Of a stretch of 64,000 nt of DNA, positions 59,625-64,000 are shown one piece after another. The notes below the pieces were generated by a model. The model saw nothing but the letters and a program-made list of their open reading frames with translations. It did no database searches and was not told the DNA's origin. The translations under genes were made by a program, and so were the position numbers. Positions within the stretch are counted from its first letter, which is position 1. Each line of letters begins with the position of its first letter. This DNA comes from Candidatus Heimdallarchaeum endolithica. GTDB taxonomy: Archaea; Asgardarchaeota; Heimdallarchaeia; Heimdallarchaeales; Heimdallarchaeaceae. The DNA lies in NCBI GenBank assembly GCA_021513715.1, contig CP084167.1, forward strand, positions 928,001 to 992,000. The letters are read 5' to 3'.

Positions 59625-60755
59625 ATGAGAATAGCGATGTTAAATAGATATTTTTATCCTGCAATAGGAGGAGTAGAAAATCATATAAAAAATCTCTCTA
59701 GAGAACTAATAAAGATGGGGCATGAAATTGTCATTATTTGTTCAAATAGAAACTTTAAAGGAGAAAAAATAGAAAAAAAACATGAAAATATTCAAGGTAT
59801 CAACATATTTAGGTATAATAAATTCAAAGAAATACATAAATTGTTAAAAAAACTAAAAGTTGACATTGTACACATTCATTTATATAGATCAACACATACA
59901 CCATTCTTATTTCGAGAAGCAAAAAAAGCAAAATTACCTATTATTCATACACCACACTGCATATACCCCCCAAAATCATTTGTTGACTTATTGAAGAAGA
60001 AAATATATGATTTTCTTTTTTCTTCATTAATAATTAATTCATCAAGTGTCATAATAAATCTAACAAAACAAGACCAAATGGATATGATGAAGCTAGGAAT
60101 GAAAAAGGAAAAGTCTATCATTATTCCAAATTCTATAATAATACCGCCAGAAACTAAAAAAGAGACTAATGTTTTTAAGAAGTATAAACTAGCGGAAAAT
60201 TATATTTTATACGTTGGAAGAATTGATTGGAATAAAGGAATAGATAAATTGATATATGTAGTCAAAAAAGTACAAGAACTAGATTCAAGATGTATAGAAT
60301 TAGCGATTGTTGGTGAAGATATAAGTGAAAAAAAGAAATTATTAAAACTAATTAAAAAATTGAATCTAGAAGAAAAAGTAAAGTTCTTAGGTTTTGTTCC
60401 AAGCAATGATTTAATTAGCTTATATAAATATGCTACCTGTTTTATATTATTGAGTGCATATGAAGGGTTACCAACAGTAGTATTAGAAGCAATGTTTCAT
60501 TCTACTGTAACTATTGCAACAGCTGAAGGGGGAACAAAATTTGTAATAGAAAATGGAGTAGATGGTTTTTTAGTTGACAAAGAAGATATTAATAATATTG
60601 CAGAGATTATAATAAAATTAGTAAAAAACAGACAAGAAGGAGTAGAAATTGGAAAAAGAGCAAAAGAAAAAATAATTAATAATTATTTATGGGAAAAAAA
60701 TTCTGTTAAAATGAAAGATATATATTATAGAATTGTTAGGAAGAATGAACTTTAA
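59625..60755 (+). CDS. GT4 glycosyltransferase
   Basis: YP.IGGVE, HIH, TPH, VGRI..NKG, YEGLPTVVLEAM; start at MRIAML preferred over 59589. Confidence 0.92.
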   Translation: MRIAMLNRYFYPAIGGVENHIKNLSRELIKMGHEIVIICSNRNFKGEKIEKKHENIQGINIFRYNKFKEIHKLLKKLKVDIVHIHLYRSTHTPFLFREAKKAKLPIIHTPHCIYPPKSFVDLLKKKIYDFLFSSLIINSSSVIINLTKQDQMDMMKLGMKKEKSIIIPNSIIIPPETKKETNVFKKYKLAENYILYVGRIDWNKGIDKLIYVVKKVQELDSRCIELAIVGEDISEKKKLLKLIKKLNLEEKVKFLGFVPSNDLISLYKYATCFILLSAYEGLPTVVLEAMFHSTVTIATAEGGTKFVIENGVDGFLVDKEDINNIAEIIIKLVKNRQEGVEIGKRAKEKIINNYLWEKNSVKMKDIYYRIVRKNEL

Positions 60756-61335
60756 TATTTTAAAATTGTTTTTAGAAGAAGATCAAAGAGCTACTACTTA
60801 AACTCATGTCAATTTATATTTTGATTAGTCTAAACTTATTTTTACTCTTTATTTCAATAAATAGAGATATAAAAATAGTTAAAGTCAAGAAACTAAACTT
60901 TTTGAACCTATTTTCATAATTGTATTGTATGCGGTCACATATAGAAGTAAGTACTCTTACCTTCACAATTTTTTTGTTCGATTTATCATTTTCTTTTTGT
61001 ATCAAGTCCTGAAGGTTGTAATTTCAAGTTCTTTTGTACTATTAATTCAGTATTACTATTAATATTATTTATCTAAAGAATGAAAAACAAATATTATTAG
61101 ACTTTGGTAAAAATCATCCTTTGACTTCGTCTACAAAGATTATTAATTATTTCAAACAAACATTTATTTTTATTTATTCTGAATTTAGTTTTATTGGGTT
61201 TACCTTCTGTATTTGTTAATGTTTTGTGATCTTAACTTTGATTTACAGAATTGGATACTTAAATCCTTTTTATAATAATTTTTAAAAAAAGTTATATTAT
61301 TCCGCAGTAAAAGAAAAGATATGATTAATGCTAAT

Positions 61336-62667
61336 TTATTCAAGATTATTTTTTATAATATATTCTGGTTTTTTTAATTTTTTATATAAAAAAGAGATAT
61401 TCATCATCATAGTTATTATATGTGCCAAAAACCAAGATAATGAGATTATCTCTAAATTATTTAAGATTTGCAACATAGTCCAAGAACACATAATAGAAAC
61501 AAACGATATTAGGCTTTCATTTACAAGAAGAAGTTTTCTATAATTAAAACTTCTATAGATAGATCCAGAGATTCTGTTTATCAAGTATGGTAACGCAGAT
61601 AATAATAGAATGCGAAATGGTCTTAACCCTTTTTCTTCAACTTCTGTACTATATAATACTAATATGTGTTTTGATAATGGTAATAGAATAGAAATACCTA
61701 TAATAAAAGCTATTTCCAAGATTACTATTATTTTATATATATTCGTTTTGTTTAGAGAATCTCTTTCAGACAACTTAGAATATATAGCATTTGAGATAGA
61801 GCCAACACTTAAAAACACTAGGTTTGATAAAGACCAAATTGTTGTAAAAACACCATTTTCTGCCATACCTATATATTTAATGATCAGAATAGTATAAATA
61901 AAACCTGGCATTCTTGCTATTAATATTGATAAATAATTAACAAACGAGTATTTAAAAAACTCACAAATATTAATATTGTGCGATTCACTTTTTTCTATAC
62001 TATTCAATAATTTTAGTATTTTCTTGATATCAAAAATGATCATTAAAAAAAATGATATCAAATATGATAAGATTAAAGTTAATAAAATACCATATACTAA
62101 GAACTTTAAAAAATAGATAAATAGGATCTTTAATATCATTAATATTAATTCTCTTATAAATATGTAATTTGATCTCTTAAAGCCTAAATATATAGATTCT
62201 TGTAAAATATGTAGAACAATAGAGAATGTAATAAGAACAATTGAGATTATATATATATTTCTATGCTTCTCACCAGAATATATAAAAACAATGTAATAAA
62301 ATGAAGATAATACTGACATTACTACTGATAAAAGTAACACTATTGAAAACGCCTTTTTTATTAAATTAGAAATGATATAATCTGATTTGAATAAACCTTT
62401 TCTAATATAGTGGATTAATGACATGTCAACTCCAAATATTGATAATGTAGAAGAAAACAGTCCAATTGATATTATGAAACCTGCAATCCCAATTGATTCC
62501 AGACTATAAAACCTATTTCCAATTAACCAAAAAATAAAGTTAGTTATAGCACTTATAATTAACCTTAACAGCAAGAAAAAAGAATCTTTGAATATTTGGT
62601 TTTCCTTGAGATTTTTAATTTCCAGCATACTATTTTCCCTTCTAATCATTATTAAAAAAATTATCAT
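61336..62667 (-). CDS. Oligosaccharide flippase-like membrane protein
   Basis: FIFW....RFYS.E.IG, FKYSFVNY, G....GVF...W; about 12 TMs. Confidence 0.8.
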   Translation of the reverse strand: MIIFLIMIRRENSMLEIKNLKENQIFKDSFFLLLRLIISAITNFIFWLIGNRFYSLESIGIAGFIISIGLFSSTLSIFGVDMSLIHYIRKGLFKSDYIISNLIKKAFSIVLLLSVVMSVLSSFYYIVFIYSGEKHRNIYIISIVLITFSIVLHILQESIYLGFKRSNYIFIRELILMILKILFIYFLKFLVYGILLTLILSYLISFFLMIIFDIKKILKLLNSIEKSESHNINICEFFKYSFVNYLSILIARMPGFIYTILIIKYIGMAENGVFTTIWSLSNLVFLSVGSISNAIYSKLSERDSLNKTNIYKIIVILEIAFIIGISILLPLSKHILVLYSTEVEEKGLRPFRILLLSALPYLINRISGSIYRSFNYRKLLLVNESLISFVSIMCSWTMLQILNNLEIISLSWFLAHIITMMMNISFLYKKLKKPEYIIKNNLE

Positions 62668-62945
62668 TTCAGTACATTGTCTATGGATTCAATAAGAGAA
62701 CTAAAATTCATAGTTTTTAATCAGATATTATAAATATAGAGGAAATAAAAACCTATCGAATTTTCGATTGGTTTTGAAACTTATAGTTCATCATAACTAA
62801 AGTGAGTACTTTCTCTAGTATGTTAATTATTATTTAAAAGAATATAAAAGTTTTGATTTTATGTGTAGTAGAGAGAGAAAATCTTTTTCCTACAATAATA
62901 TAAATTATAAAAAACAATATTATATAGATAATATTATATAGATAA

Positions 62946-63950
62946 AGCATGTCCAAAATTCTTTTTCACCTACTAAACGGTCCGAAGGAGTAAAAGGTAG
63001 TTGTAACAGAGAGAGAACTGTACAAGGTAGAAAGAATGGTAGAGGGTAAACGATCAAGGATCGGGGGAAGAGAGAGTTTGAGGAGACTAATCCAAAGACA
63101 TGTTTGACACTACTACGATACTCGGGGTGATGATTATGACGATAGAGACTAGGGTAGAGACGATGAGCTTGAACTATTGGTCCGGGGAGAGGAGGAGAGG
63201 GATAACGAGTATCACTTTTTGGGGGAATGATGGGGAAGAAGGAATGTTGTTTTAGAAGTCCCACGATATTTTCTGTCCAGTAGTTACAATCTCCATAAAA
63301 TCGCAAGAAAGGTTTTAAGAGTGCAGAAGGAAGTTTCTGCCAGAGTAAACCGAAGACTTTACTATCGTGAGTGTTACTAGCAGAATGAGCTAGAGAGACT
63401 ATAGCTCGAGAGGGTAAACCTACTATAAGATGTATCTTCCAGAAAAGTTGGGTTGGGAAGTTTTCTTTAGTCCTCCTCTTGCCCACTTGAGAAAACGCCA
63501 AACAGAAGCTTGAAGAATTTTAAACCCTGAACTGTCCACCGCTATAGCTCTCAAGCCTTTTTTTTTCACTATTTCCCTACCTAAGTTTATTATCCACCGC
63601 TATAAGATTTTACTTTCTGTCGTTCTCCACACAGCATGAAAGATTTAGAAGGAATCTTCTTCATCTACCCCTCTTCTATCAAAAAATTGCATAGAGACAA
63701 CTTTTCCTCTAATTTTCTCCAAGCTATTCCTTCTATTCTTGCGATAATCGCTAAAGCCAGTATCACCCATCGTTCCGCTATTCTTTTTCTTCCTCTCTTA
63801 CTTTCTCTCAGTTTTTCATCCACCAGTTTCTTAAGGAAAGGTTCATCAATGATTATGAATTCTCTTACTTTGTGGATTCTATGATCTGAAAGAAATTCAT
63901 AATTCAGACATAATCCCCCACATTAATAAAAATTAATTTTTGTACATGCT
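62946..63950 (-). mobile_element. Decayed IS5-like (DDE_Tnp_1) insertion sequence, ~1.0 kb
   Basis: Imperfect TIR AGCATGTCCAAAA (from 62946) / TTTTGTACATGCT (to 63950); direct repeat TAGATAA at 62939-62945 and 63951-63957; higher GC. Confidence 0.8.
62980..63911 (-). pseudogene. IS5-like transposase pseudogene (approximate boundaries)
   Basis: Manual translation: KRGRKR...IAWRKLEE...G-stop-MKKIPSKS, frameshift, AIAVDSSGF, frameshift, WKIHL...HDS...YGD..Y...IPPK...YRSSVKHVF; several stops and frameshifts, and K at the expected catalytic E. Confidence 0.8.
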
Positions 63951-64000
63951 TAGATAATTGATTACAACTAGTTAATTAATATAAATTATCATTAAATTAA

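Noticed and set aside
1160-61312. Recurring intergenic TTTT(A)CTGCGGA-like words (~1163, ~28376, ~61300) and TAACTTCA words
   Set aside because: Too short and too few to separate from chance without a background model
60756-61335. 580-bp convergent gap with a 63-aa ORF (60814-61005)
   Set aside because: No recognisable motif, repeat or structure; it may be a decayed gene but that cannot be supported
2020-61897. Many 60-145 aa ORFs antisense to or nested in long genes (e.g. 2642-3016, 33096-33404, 41223-41660, 50193-50492, 61610-61897)
   Set aside because: Shadow frames of well-supported genes, rich in Ile/Phe/Ser as expected from the complement of A-rich coding strands
62920-63884. ORFs 62920-63501 (-) and 63636-63884 (+) as intact genes
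   Set aside because: The first is a frameshifted transposase fragment running out of the IS; the second is antisense to the transposase N-terminus
1-64000. tRNA, rRNA or integrase-bounded provirus
   Set aside because: No GC-rich cloverleaf or rRNA-like stretch, integrase or viral structural gene was seen

Overview
AT-rich archaeal chromosome segment. CDP-archaeol synthase (carS) marks it as archaeal; the low GC and gene style suggest an Asgard archaeon (Heimdallarchaeia-like), which is inference only. Positions 1-14.6 kb hold an ABC-2 exporter, a ferritin-like protein, a co-oriented five-gene cluster around carS (uncharacterised 'quinate dehydrogenase'-labelled family protein, carS, MobA-like NTP transferase, PAP2 phosphatase, alpha/beta hydrolase), an HGSNAT-like membrane protein, a membrane-anchored HTH regulator paired with an acidic PepSY-like repeat protein, and a CDF transporter. 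Positions 14.7-62.7 kb form a ~48 kb surface-glycosylation island. It contains three GT-C-type membrane proteins (two are paralogues) interleaved with anchored surface proteins, GT2/GT4 transferases, three flippases, dTDP-rhamnose genes (rmlACDB), a legionaminic-acid-type nonulosonate pathway with a candidate transferase, two sulfotransferases (one split by a single in-frame TGA), a WbpB/D/E-like trio and a solitary adenine DNA methyltransferase. Mobile and repeat elements read from the sequence are a 110-bp MITE upstream of carS, an intact IS6-family element, a decayed IS5-like element, and an orphan pair of 36-bp repeats around a 41-bp spacer. No tRNA, rRNA or cas genes were seen.
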